From assembly GCA_977017575.1 (NCBI GenBank), contig CDRNVI010000002.1, forward strand, positions 310,001-374,000: DNA of 64,000 bases. Direction: 5' to 3'. A program made the translations under genes and the position numbers. Below the pieces are notes generated by a model that did not search any database, was not told the DNA's origin, and saw nothing but the letters and a program-made list of their open reading frames with translations. Below are positions 52,915-63,194 of this stretch, piece by piece (the stretch's first letter is position 1; each line of letters starts with the position of its first letter). The stretch comes from Paramoeba atlantica. Lineage: Eukaryota > Protista > Discosea.

Positions 52915-54666
52915 TTAGTTGCGGGGCTCCCAGGCACCGGTCATGATCCGGGGGATACCCAAGACCTCGTTCAGACCGGCGGGGATGTCGTGCGCCGCAC
53001 TCACCCCTGGGGCGGAGACCATGCCGTGGTGTGTCCCGTCATACACCCTGACTGTGGCTCCATCGCTAGGCCCTGGGGGAAAGGGGGGAAGGGAGAGGCT
53101 GACCGCGACTCTTTGCGCTCTGTCCAGCCCTTCCCAGTCGGTGATGGGGGTGGCTTCGCCGGAGATGTCCTTCGGCAGCAGGCTCTCTCCGGGGACCCCT
53201 AACGTGTTGCCCACAATGCTGATTGTGGCTTGAAACGAGCGTTCGGGCGGGCAGGGGATGACTATGTGACCCACGCGCTCGGGGCCAATGTCGAGGAGGA
53301 TTTTGAGGACCTCTTCCCCAGCCGGCTCGTATGGTTTGTCCGGGACTTCCCCACAGGGTGCTCTCGCCTGTATCGGGTACGCGCCCGACCTGTCCGCCAG
53401 TAGAACTGGGGGGAAAGGAGAGGGGGGAGGGAGGAGAGGAGGGAAGTTGGGAATGGGGGGATGAAAGGAGCGTAGGGGGGGCACGGGCCATGGAGGTCCT
53501 TTAGCCACTGTGTTGACCTGGGCCAAGCGCAGGCGGGCTTCCTCGGCGCAGAACCCCTCATAGTACGCCAGCATGGAGGCGTACCGCTCCGTTTTGATCC
53601 GGAGGGCTTCAGGGGCATGCTCCTTTAGCAGGGCAATAGATGCTTTCCTTAGCCGCTTGGGACCGTGCATCTTTACTAGGTGCGACTGTAGGGCTACATG
53701 GTGGGGTTGGGCTACCCCACATTCAATGCAGACCAAATGGCCCGCATTGATCAGAAGAAAGCGATCCTCGATGGCTTTCTGGGCCGCGTGCAGACCACTG
53801 ACAGCCTCCAGGGTCAGCTCACGGCGTGCCCGGGCCTCCATTTCCTCAAGGGAGATCCTCTCGTGCTCCGAGTGTAGGGTCGAGAGGAGACGCAGAGAGA
53901 CAGAGCATCTTCTAGTTTGTGCTAGAGGGAGCCCCGAGCTAGAAGGGGAGGGGAGGAGTTTAAAGCGCACAGCGTCCATCTCCTTGAACTGCTGCGCTAG
54001 CGTGGGGAGTTTCGGCGGACGCTCCGACGGGGCGGGGGCGTCGCTGTCCATCGCGTCCGACGTGATCGGGGGGGCGGTCGCCAGGCCAGGCGTCGAGATG
54101 CGGGAGTATGACGTGTTCCGACTGTCGGAGGTAGGGAGGGGAGCGAAGGAAACGTTGGCAGCTTTCCTCAAGATGGGGGTGGGGGCGACCGTAGTACCTG
54201 TACGGTCAAAGCTCCGGGATCTGTCCCGAGAGGAAGAAGAACGTGGGATCCTGCGGGCTGTGGAGTTGGCTCGGGAGGATCGAGAGGAAGACGTGGAACG
54301 GGATGGAGGGGTCCCTGAGGCTTGCGTCGAGGCACGCACTCTAACGTCGTTCCTGTGCCGAGAGCGCAGAGTAACGCACTCCTCACACAGGCGGTTGTCC
54401 CGCCTGGTTGGCACGAAAGGGAGGCCACAGAAGTCGCAGGCACATGACTTGTGCTGCTCCTTGACACGGACGACCAAGTCCGGCCTCGCCTTCTTCAGCT
54501 CCTCGATGGAGAGCTGGCGCAGCCCCTCGGCCCCTACGGAGGGGTGGGGGCTGGAGCCTCGCCTGAGAGGGGTGGTAGCAAGTCCCCCTGAGGTCGAGGA
54601 TGATGGGGTGTTAATCCCAGTATCGGAATCCTTGTATCCCCGGTGGCCACGCCGACGTCTGGTCAT
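52915..54666 (-). CDS. Retroelement ORF1-like protein with C4 and C2H2 zinc fingers
   Basis: CDFCG...LCEEC; CIECGVAQPHHVALQSHLVKMH; basic and Ser/Pro-rich tracts; directly upstream of ORF2. Confidence 0.75.
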   Translation of the reverse strand: MTRRRRGHRGYKDSDTGINTPSSSTSGGLATTPLRRGSSPHPSVGAEGLRQLSIEELKKARPDLVVRVKEQHKSCACDFCGLPFVPTRRDNRLCEECVTLRSRHRNDVRVRASTQASGTPPSRSTSSSRSSRANSTARRIPRSSSSRDRSRSFDRTGTTVAPTPILRKAANVSFAPLPTSDSRNTSYSRISTPGLATAPPITSDAMDSDAPAPSERPPKLPTLAQQFKEMDAVRFKLLPSPSSSGLPLAQTRRCSVSLRLLSTLHSEHERISLEEMEARARRELTLEAVSGLHAAQKAIEDRFLLINAGHLVCIECGVAQPHHVALQSHLVKMHGPKRLRKASIALLKEHAPEALRIKTERYASMLAYYEGFCAEEARLRLAQVNTVAKGPPWPVPPLRSFHPPIPNFPPLLPPPSPFPPVLLADRSGAYPIQARAPCGEVPDKPYEPAGEEVLKILLDIGPERVGHIVIPCPPERSFQATISIVGNTLGVPGESLLPKDISGEATPITDWEGLDRAQRVAVSLSLPPFPPGPSDGATVRVYDGTHHGMVSAPGVSAAHDIPAGLNEVLGIPRIMTGAWEPRN

Positions 54667-54811
54667 GGGCTTGCGCCGGGGAGAGAGAGAGTAGAGGTAG
54701 AAAAAGAAAAGGATTCAACTTTAGGAATCTCCAAAGCGTTCGGATAAAGTTGGCTTTACAGAAACGGTATCTTTATCGTATGAGTAGTTTTTCTACCTCT
54801 CCCGTACTAGT

Positions 54812-54823
54812 GTAGTAGTAGTG

Positions 54824-54897
<74 letters not shown>
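54812..54897. repeat. (GTA)n microsatellite, ~28 units
   Basis: Directly visible, one GTG interruption. Confidence 0.98.
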
Positions 54898-55878
54898 TTC
54901 TTTTGTCAAACCGCTATAAGGTATGGGGTATGATAGAGCACCGACTCGTGGAGTAGGAGGGCATATTGTAACCCAAGCATGAAGGCGACGTGGGCGAGAC
55001 GATTCGGACGGTGGTGGCGAATGACGGTTCGCAGAGAGGAAAGGTTCGCAGGGAAGAAGGGAGTGGTGGTGGTGGTGGGGAATGGTTGTTCGCAGAGAGG
55101 GGAGAAGAAGGGAGTGATGTTGGAGGACAATGACGGTTCGCAGGGAGGGGAGAAAGGAGGGGTGGTGGGGGTGAATAACTATTATCCATACAAAGGAAGT
55201 AACCGAAAAAAAGTTAGAAACGTAGGTATAGCATATTGTAACATGAAAAACTTGAACTAGACAGTATATAAATACAAACTGACGTCGGGCCCTGATATAC
55301 TGTATGTATCAGGTTCGTAGGGAAAAAATTGAGCCCCCCCTCAAAAAAAAATCCGGAGCCGCTTCGCGGCGCCTCCTGCCCAGTCTCGCCAAAAAGGACA
55401 ATTAAGTGGGGGGGGGGGGACTACGACAATTAAGTGGGAGGGGGACACAGTACTACCCCCTCGCTACCGTAGGTAAATTCGTCGTGCCCGATTTCGTGCC
55501 CGATTTGTGGCCCGATATCGTTTCAGGTGAGTTTTCGAAAAAAATGTTTACAAAGACGTATGTATCGAATAGAGTGACATGATCACTAGTTTTTATTATG
55601 GGTGAAGCTAAAAAAATATATTTTTCCGAAAATCAACTCCTAGACCGCTTTTTGAGAGTTTGGGGCCTGATATACCTGCATACACTTTGGTTTCATTCGA
55701 TATTTCTCCATCCTGTGCCGGTAATTCACTTACAAAGGCTAAAATCTACCTGAAAGTGTGTGACACACAAGGCCGTAGAGGAAGGAGGAGGCGCAAGGCA
55801 AAAAGGCAGAAGGCGGAGCCTTCTGTCTTTTTGCCGCAGCGACGACGACTTCCTCGCGTGGGAAGCTGTAAGGGGTGG

Positions 55879-56144
55879 AAGTATAGGAATATTGCATAAG
55901 TATAGGAATATTGCATAAGTATAGGAATATTGCATAAGTATAGGAATATTGCATAAGTATAGGAATATTGCATAAGTATAGGAATATTGCATAAGTATAG
56001 GAATATTGCATAAGTATAGGAATATTGCATAAGTATAGGAATATTGCATAAGTATAGGAATATTGCACAAGTATAGGAATATTGCACAAGTATAGGAATA
56101 TTGCACAAGTATAGGAATATTGCATAAGTATAGGAATATTGCAT
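55879..56144. repeat. 19-bp tandem array (AAGTATAGGAATATTGCAT) x14
   Basis: 266 bp = 14 units; three units end in C instead of T; about two more units at ~56488-56523. Confidence 0.98.
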
Positions 56145-56274
56145 AGCCGTCTAATCATGTCACAAAATACTGTGAATTGGTTTAGTATAGGTTTAGTTTT
56201 TGGGTATCACGCTTTCACGTGACTCAGTGGCCCGGCCGGCCCCTCCGTGCGTTCGGCCTCTCATTTCCCCCAAA

Positions 56275-56353
56275 ACAACTACCACCTTCCCCCCATTTAT
56301 CAGGGGTCGCTCGCGCGACCCCCGCTAAATAGGGGGGGGAAGGTGGTAGTTGT
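56275..56353. repeat. Nested inverted repeat / cruciform
   Basis: ACAACTACCACCTTCCCCCC arms around a GGGGTCGC-TCGC-GCGACCCC inner hairpin. Confidence 0.9.
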
Positions 56354-57127
56354 GGGGTATGGAGGCCTCTCGCAACTCCGGGGCCTCACCGGGAGCAAAG
56401 GTGAGTTCCCATAGCACCCCGCACCAACTTTTGGTAAAAGTTGAAATCGGTGCCTAAAACTTTATGCATGTGATTGTGCTGTTCCGAAGTATAGGAATAT
56501 TGCATAAGTATAGGAATATTGCAGAGCCCCTCTAATTTTTTAACTTTTGAAAAATTTCTCCTGGCAAGATCCCACCTGTATTGGATCTTACAAATCCTTT
56601 TCCTTGTAGATGAGACTCCAAAGTATATACGCACATCACATTTTCTAAAAATGGAAAAGTTGCATATAGGGGGTGACCCCGCCAAAGTAGCCAAAAACAG
56701 GTGAAAATGGGCTTTTTTAAGCAAAATCCACGAAAAGTGGCCATTTTAGGGCATTTTAGAAGGGTCACCCCTTATACATGTATGTGAAGTCTTCATTTGA
56801 AGTAAAAGTAGTTCAAAGTGATAGATTAGGGTACGTTATAGCGTCCATATGTTCGGTATTCCATTTTCCCGGGGATACAAGTCTATGAGGCACGTAACAA
56901 ATAAAAAAAATCGTATATTTTCGAGAAATATACCACCCTTGACTTTGTAAAAATTTGTTTCAAATTACAAAAAATAGGTGGTTTCCCGACAGTGTAATCG
57001 CAGATCTATACAACGGTTATAATTGTCTACCGAAATCAAGAAACTCATATTAAGGGGTGGGGGGTCAAAAATAGAGTTATGCAATATTCCTATACTTTGA
57101 CCGCTGTAAGGGGTCCTAAGGCTATGT

Positions 57128-57322
57128 AACCCAGGCTAAAGTGGACGAGGGAGATACTAAAAGCACCTTTGGAAGACCGCCACAAAACTGGAACGTCATC
57201 TCCCGTTAAAGATCCTTTTGTGACATCAGAATGCTCTACAAAACGGGAGATACGGTTCCAGTTTTGTGGCGGTCTTCAAAAAGGTGCCTTTAGTATCTCC
57301 CTCGTCCACTTTAGCCTGGGTT
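57128..57322. mobile_element. Fold-back hairpin MITE, copy 2
   Basis: ~80-bp arms starting AACCCAGGCTAAAGTGGACGAGGGAGATAC with a short loop. Confidence 0.88.
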
Positions 57323-58377
57323 TAAACCCGAGACCGAAAAACGGCTCCGAAAGGCAATAAAGAAAGCCTTTGCAATGCTTAAGCGTCATCCTTATCGACG
57401 CCAAGTTTTAAATTGTGTAAATTCTGTTCCTAAATGCTTGCGCATTGTGCAGCGCGTTCAAGGAGACCATTGTGGGTACTAGTGCATAGGAATTTGTACT
57501 CATTTCTTATTTTTTTACCCCCCGTGAAAAAGCAAAATTGGGGGAAATTTCCCAACTTTCACCACGCCCACCTAGGACCCAGGGGGGGGGGGGGTGATAG
57601 GCAAAGCAACGGTGGGAAACGCACTAGTTTTTCGAGATCTGTTGAATGCCGAATGAATTAGGTCAAAAGCTCTTACGGTGCGCTCTGGAGCCTGGGGGGT
57701 GCGAGCCAAGAGCTGGACTGTATGTATGGTAGTAAAGCCTATAGGATGCGCAATATTAATTTTGCAAATTTTTCTATTTTAGTGGCTTCGTTAAATGCGG
57801 TGGTTGTTTTCAACTTAGAAGTCACTCATGCTGCGCGCTTCGCGTTGAAAACGCGTTGAAAACTACCTCCGCGTTTAACGGAGCCACTAAAAAAGAAAAT
57901 TTGCCAAAAGAACACGAATAACGTATTTTTTTGGGTAAAAAAGCTCCCGTTTTCGGCGAAAATTGCGAAATTTTAATCCAAATTCGGACTTTTTTTGATG
58001 CCTTACCAGTAGGGGCAGGGGCCGCATCTGCCAAAAAAAATGTCGTAGAATGGTAGCCGAGATCCCAAGCTCTTAAAATACGTTTTACACACCTTAGCAG
58101 TTAATTAATTAATTTACTATTAACAAATTAGCACAATTAATTTGCAATTAATTAACAAATTAGAAGAATTTGTATATATTAGATTCATCCCCATCGCTGT
58201 TTGTATAATGAAAGAGTCATCCCTGAGAGAGAGAGAGAGAGAAACATATTGGAACTCGCATGGGTCCCATGGAATGTAGAGTTCGTGCCGCAGGGGCTGC
58301 GCGATTCGCGGACGATTCGGAGCGGGAGGAGTCACTGGGAAGCTACGTATTTTTGAATGGACATCTATAATACAGTA

Positions 58378-60374
58378 CTGTGACCCCCCCCTTTAATATG
58401 CACACGTTTTTGGGGTTTGTGCATATTAAGGGGGGGGGGTAAGAGGGGGAAGAACCAGCCCCTCCGGGAAAAAAATTGCGCCGCTTCGCGGCGCCTTTAT
58501 TTCCTGTGCGTTTTTCGAACTTGATTGATTGATTGATTTTAAGGGCATGTATCCCATAGGGACGTACCCTCCCGGAGATAGCCGGGCACTAATTTTTTTA
58601 TTATTCCAAAATACACTTATTATTCCAATTTTTTTAGTATTCTGCACCTGAAAGTTTTCTCAAATTATATTCCATGGATGCCTTTGTGCCTGGCTACATA
58701 GAGAATCTTTTGTATCTATCTTTAGAGAATGCACAAGAACGGCGCGGCTACGGCCTAGGGATCGTAGAAGGCTCAAGCGATGACGATAGTGAAGTGAATT
58801 CTGTTTCTTCCGATGAAGAACATGGTAGCGATATAAAAAGTGTTAGCCTCGAAACCCCTGATGGGGTTCTACCACTGATGACGGCAGTGATAACGAGGAA
58901 GGTTTGGTTGATTGAAAGTACGCCGCGATGTTCCTTTCGTTGTGAAGCATAAAACTGTTTTCAAAACAGAAATGGCGAACTATGTCTCAAACGCACCACA
59001 AAGCTATGGCAACAGTACAACAATGGATGAGAAAAACCTTTGGTGAATTATACACTGTGCATTCTAAATCTCAACTAAAAAAGTGGGATGCAGAAATCAA
59101 CCGGCAACTTTCCAGTAACCTAGGCGAGGAACGCCTGCTAAAGCTTAAGTTCTTGATGGTGGATGGCGCCACTGTCAACCATGTTGCCCGTGTGAATTGC
59201 GAAGGTTTCTTAAAATCCATTTACGATCGTATTGACCCGGTGGGAGAAGAGGACCTAGGAAACATACAGCGCGGAATAAATCAAAAGTACCGTGTGTCAC
59301 TATTATCTTGTATAGGACACATGTTAAATAATGTCTGCAAAACGGCGTTTCAACCCTACGAATCGTCTCCAGCCTTTAATTTTAAAAGAAGCTTTCCGAA
59401 GGCTTTTTTTTCAGGGGGCAAGGCGAGTGCCACAAAGGGAAAATACAGAGGAATTGCTTTATCCCACTTGCTGGTACGATTCGATTCCAACGTAATGCGA
59501 GCTGAGGCACTTCTAAAGCAGTGCTACCTGGTTCTTGGAACAATTTCTCCGACAGCATGGAAAACCAATTTGGCGGAAAAGTTGTGCGAAAGCCTTTGTG
59601 TGCTCAAGCAAGTGATACTACAGGAAGTTAGTGAAGTGCAGGAGAAACTTTTAAACCTTGGGGAAAACGATTTCCAGGAAAAACATCGAATATTTTCAGA
59701 GTGTGGTCCAAAATTTTTGAACACCATGACCAATGCTCGCATGTAGCATGGCGTCGTTACTCCGAAACTTGGAGGGGTTACTCGCTGGTGCTCCGACAAG
59801 TTCACGTCCATGGAATTTCTGGCAAACTATTTGCAAACTATTCAGTTATTCATCGAAGAAGCGAAAAAAGGGCCACGAGATTCTAATTCCATTAAGCGGT
59901 GTCAAAAAATCTTGACTAAATACGGCTCACAATGCATTCAGAAGCAGTGTGAAATTTTTTTGAGCGAATGTAGTGAACTACATGCGGCACTCAAGGAATT
60001 TAGTGAAAGCGAAGATACTCCTATGGCCACACACATTTGCCAAATGTTGGAGCATCTATACGAAATTTCCGAAGGTACAGGAGCACCACAAGGATTACGA
60101 TCATCCCTTTTGCACCACAAGAAAAGACTAGATAAGAATCATAACATGCGTCTCTGGAAACAGGTAATATGGTTTCGACCAAGTTGGGTTGTCCTGTTCG
60201 GTCGGCCAATACGTCAACATGCTTTGTGATATTGGCGAACTGAAATTTTGTCTGCGCAACCACCGTGAAAAAAAATTATTTTTTTGGGGGAGGAAAAAAA
60301 GTCCCCTTTCACCAAAATTTGTGCATATTAAGGGGGGGAGGGAAGGGGGTGCATATTAAAGGGGGGGGTCACAG
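58378..60374 (+). mobile_element. TA-flanked CTGTGACC element carrying a fragmented CxxH (hAT-like) transposase
   Basis: TIR CTGTGACCCCCCCCTTTAATATGCAC at both ends; ORFs 58674-58952, 58982-59746 and 59810-60229 with FLMVDGATVN...SCIGHMLN. Confidence 0.75.
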
Positions 60375-60377
60375 TAT

Positions 60378-60895
60378 ATATAAACCCCCCTCCCACTTAA
60401 TATTTACACACACTTACTATTTACATGGCTTTTAATCTCTCAAATTTTGAAAAATATCACTGAAGCAAATTACAAAAACGCGATGAAAGCAGTTCCTACG
60501 ACTCAAGCGGCGCACCCGAATACTCATCGGAAACTCTATCCGATGAAGGCGTACAACCTTCATGTGAGCAGCCCAACCGGCCATTTGCAATGAGTCACAG
60601 CAGAGACATGAGAAAAGTAAGACTAGGAACGAATGACCCACGGCATCACATAAGGAAAGGCGTTCCATCATCAGTGAAAAAACGAGTTGTTGAAATGAGA
60701 TTGAACAGCATGATAAAAGTGTCTCTTCTCACCTTCGATCATGGATCGGTCAGAAAATTTTATAACACCTGCAGGAGCCCATGTAAATAATAAGTGGAAT
60801 TTCCCCGTAATATTAACATGGACACTTATTATTCACACACTCTTATTATTTACCATTTTTCGCATGTAAATATTAAGTGGGAGGGGGGTTTACAG
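60378..60895. mobile_element. CTGT-family MITE (~520 bp)
   Basis: TAAACCCCCCTCCCACTTAATATTTACA inverted at both ends; left terminal bases degenerate. Confidence 0.75.
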
Positions 60896-60915
60896 TATAT
60901 ATACAGGTATACATA

Positions 60916-61666
60916 CATGGGTGGGCACCTTCAGAGTGGGGGGGTCTAAAATTCGTAAAACTTGTTCAATTTTGGAAAGTAATAGCGCATTCGAGAGCTC
61001 TCAAATAGTCTGGTGTAATCGTAAAAAGCACTCTGCGAAAGATTACGGGAATCAAAGAAAGCTAGAATGGTCCCAAACACGAATTGCAACTTTATTTTTT
61101 AAGCGAAAAAGTCCTTTTTTTCCAAAAAAAATCTCAGTACCCACAATTTCCCCCTTTTTTCTCAATAACGATTTGAAAGCGCTTGGAGACACTCTTTATG
61201 GTCTTCACGCAAGTACTTTTGAGATCGGTTTGAAGTGCCTCGTATGCACTCTCGATAGAAGAGAGGAGATCTTCTATCTCTCGATAGAAGAGAGAATGCT
61301 GTAGCATTGTAGGACCCAGAACGAAAGTAATGGTCTACGAGAAGCATGCGATGCGACGGCCTTACCTTCCCAGGTGGTGAATAAGCATCTCTCTGGAAAG
61401 GAAACCGTGATGTTCGCGATCGTACACGTTTCTGAGGCATTAACGGCGCAAAAAAACTAAAAAAAGCCAAAAAACTGAAAAATTGCATCTTCGGGGAAAA
61501 ATAAATTCCTTGTTTTTCTGTCATTTATCTCGAATGTCTAAAAACGGGAAACGGATGTTGCCATTACACCAGACTACTTGAGAGCTCTCGAATGCGCTAT
61601 TACTTTCCAAAATTGGTCAAGTTTTACGAATTTTAGACCCCCCCACTCTGAAGGCGCCCACCCCTG
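60916..61666. mobile_element. MITE (~750 bp), CAGGGG/GCGCATTCGAGAGCTCTC family
   Basis: ~85-bp TIRs CA(T/G)GGGTGGGC(A/G)CCTTCAGAGTGGGGGGGTCTAAAATTCGTAAAACTTG; TA flanks. Confidence 0.9.
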
Positions 61667-61690
61667 TATATAGGTATATACAGATGTATA

Positions 61691-61790
61691 CAGGGGGGTG
61701 CACGAAAATATGGGGGGGTCAAAATTCGTATAACTCGACCAATTTCGGAAAGCAGCACCGCATTCGAGAGCTCTCGCAGAGTTACGTGTC
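61691..61790 (+). repeat. Solo TIR of the same family
   Basis: TA-CAGGGGGGTGCACGAAAA...CGCATTCGAGAGCTCTC; no partner found. Confidence 0.7.
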
Positions 61791-62379
61791 ATGTGATAAT
61801 GCGTTTCCAGCATTTTTAGATTCTTTAAAAAATTAAAAAAAGTATGATTTTTCAAAGTTCAGAATTCTGCTGCTTTTTGAAAAAAATGCTTTTTTTCTGA
61901 ATTTATCCACTTTTTTGATCCTAATACACTACTATGCCCCAGAAAAGGTCGTATTCGAATAATAGAAAGGTGCAGAAACGGAGTAGATTTTGTTATTCGC
62001 CTCGTGGGCAACTTAAAGCATCTCACAGGATACTTTTGGTTAAAAAATTTGAGGAAATTGATTCTTTTTCGGCTGTCGCCAAGACGTTTAGGTGACTTAA
62101 AACTTTTAGGAATCGATTTTGGAAGAGTAATGTTGCAGGGCCCGCGGAAACTTTTTAAAAGCGAAGAAAAGCTTTTTCAGATCGTTGAAAGCGCTTTAAA
62201 AGCGCTTTTCGAGCTTTTTTTAGCTTTCGAACTTTCGAGCACGTGTGTACACCTTTACCCTGAGGATGCACTTATGTAAATGAGCATGTAGTGTGTTCAT
62301 CCGTGGAATGCCGACTGAAAATGTGCGCCAGACTTACACTTGAAACGTTGTCGTAGAAATTTGGCCTAAAGCAGTACTC

Positions 62380-62870
62380 CCCCACTCATTAATAATTATA
62401 AACCTCCAAAACTTATTAAAAGGTTCGTTTATAGAAATTTAATGAGATCATAATTCTCAGCCTCACTTCTATAATTATAAACCTCAAATTCTTCATTTTT
62501 TATCTAGAAAGACACCTGTACCACATACTTTGCACTAAAAATTGTTTCCAAGTTTAAAGGAGTGTCTCGAAAATCAAGAATTTGAAGTCCGTAATAAGAA
62601 AAAATCACTTATCGAATCTCATTAATAATTATAAACTAAATTTATAATTATAAACTAAAAACGTTTATAGATTATAATTATTAATGGACACTATGAAGAT
62701 TTGGATGGCACTGGATGGCAGCGGATGGCACTGGATGGCACTGGATGACTAATTTTTGTGTATGTAATGGTTTACCCAAAACGAAAATTTGTGGGACGGT
62801 TTGCTCACATCTCAAGTGATGGTGAGGCAAGACTATATGCCAAGACTATATGTCAAGACTATATGCCAGA
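62380..62870. repeat. Short repeat cluster
   Basis: Several TAATTATAAAC motifs in both orientations, ~5 x CTGGATGGCA (62700-62748), 3 x CAAGACTATATG (~62828-62866). Confidence 0.8.
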
Positions 62871-63194
62871 CGATGCACGAGATACAAGTTGCAACCCAAC
62901 AGCATGACCGGTCGTAGGGGATCAGTGATGCTAGAAGCCAAAACGCATGAAAGCTGCTCATCCAAGTATCATTGAAAATTAATAGTATAGTAATAAACCT
63001 AACCCCCAAATTACAAGTACGATACGACAATAAATAATGTAAATACAATTTGCAATAATAATTAATGGAATGAAAATGAAGTGGATTATTAGTTAAAGCA
63101 CCCCTCTTCCCTCTGGTTCTCCCTCACACGTACTACAAATTAAAAGCATATAGTAAGTTTAATATAATTAAAAGCAAATAGTATTAAAAGCATA

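Larger units (their letters stand above)
51073..55450. mobile_element. CTGT-family element hosting the retroelement
   Basis: TA-CTGTGCCCCCCCACTT at 51073 and AAGTGGGAGGGGGACACAG-TA at 55450; it interrupts the Tc1 remnant. Confidence 0.65.
55877..57102. mobile_element. Non-coding element with terminal inverted 19-mers and flanking 12-bp direct repeats
   Basis: GCTGTAAGGGGT at 55865-55876 and 57103-57114; AAGTATAGGAATATTGCAT at the left end and inverted at ~57079-57097. Confidence 0.55.
50587..57720. mobile_element. Tc1-family TIR pair enclosing a 7.1-kb nest of insertions
   Basis: ~105-bp inverted repeats CAGTCCAGCTCTTGGCTC...GAGCTTTTGACC...TTCGGCATTCAACAGATCTCGAAAAACTAG, TA on both flanks; MNPIENVW remnant at ~51007. 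Confidence 0.85.

Noticed and set aside
55879-56144. CRISPR array or protein-coding repeat ORFs (55726-56158)
   Set aside because: Units are head-to-tail with no spacers and no cas genes; the ORFs are just translations of the tandem repeat.
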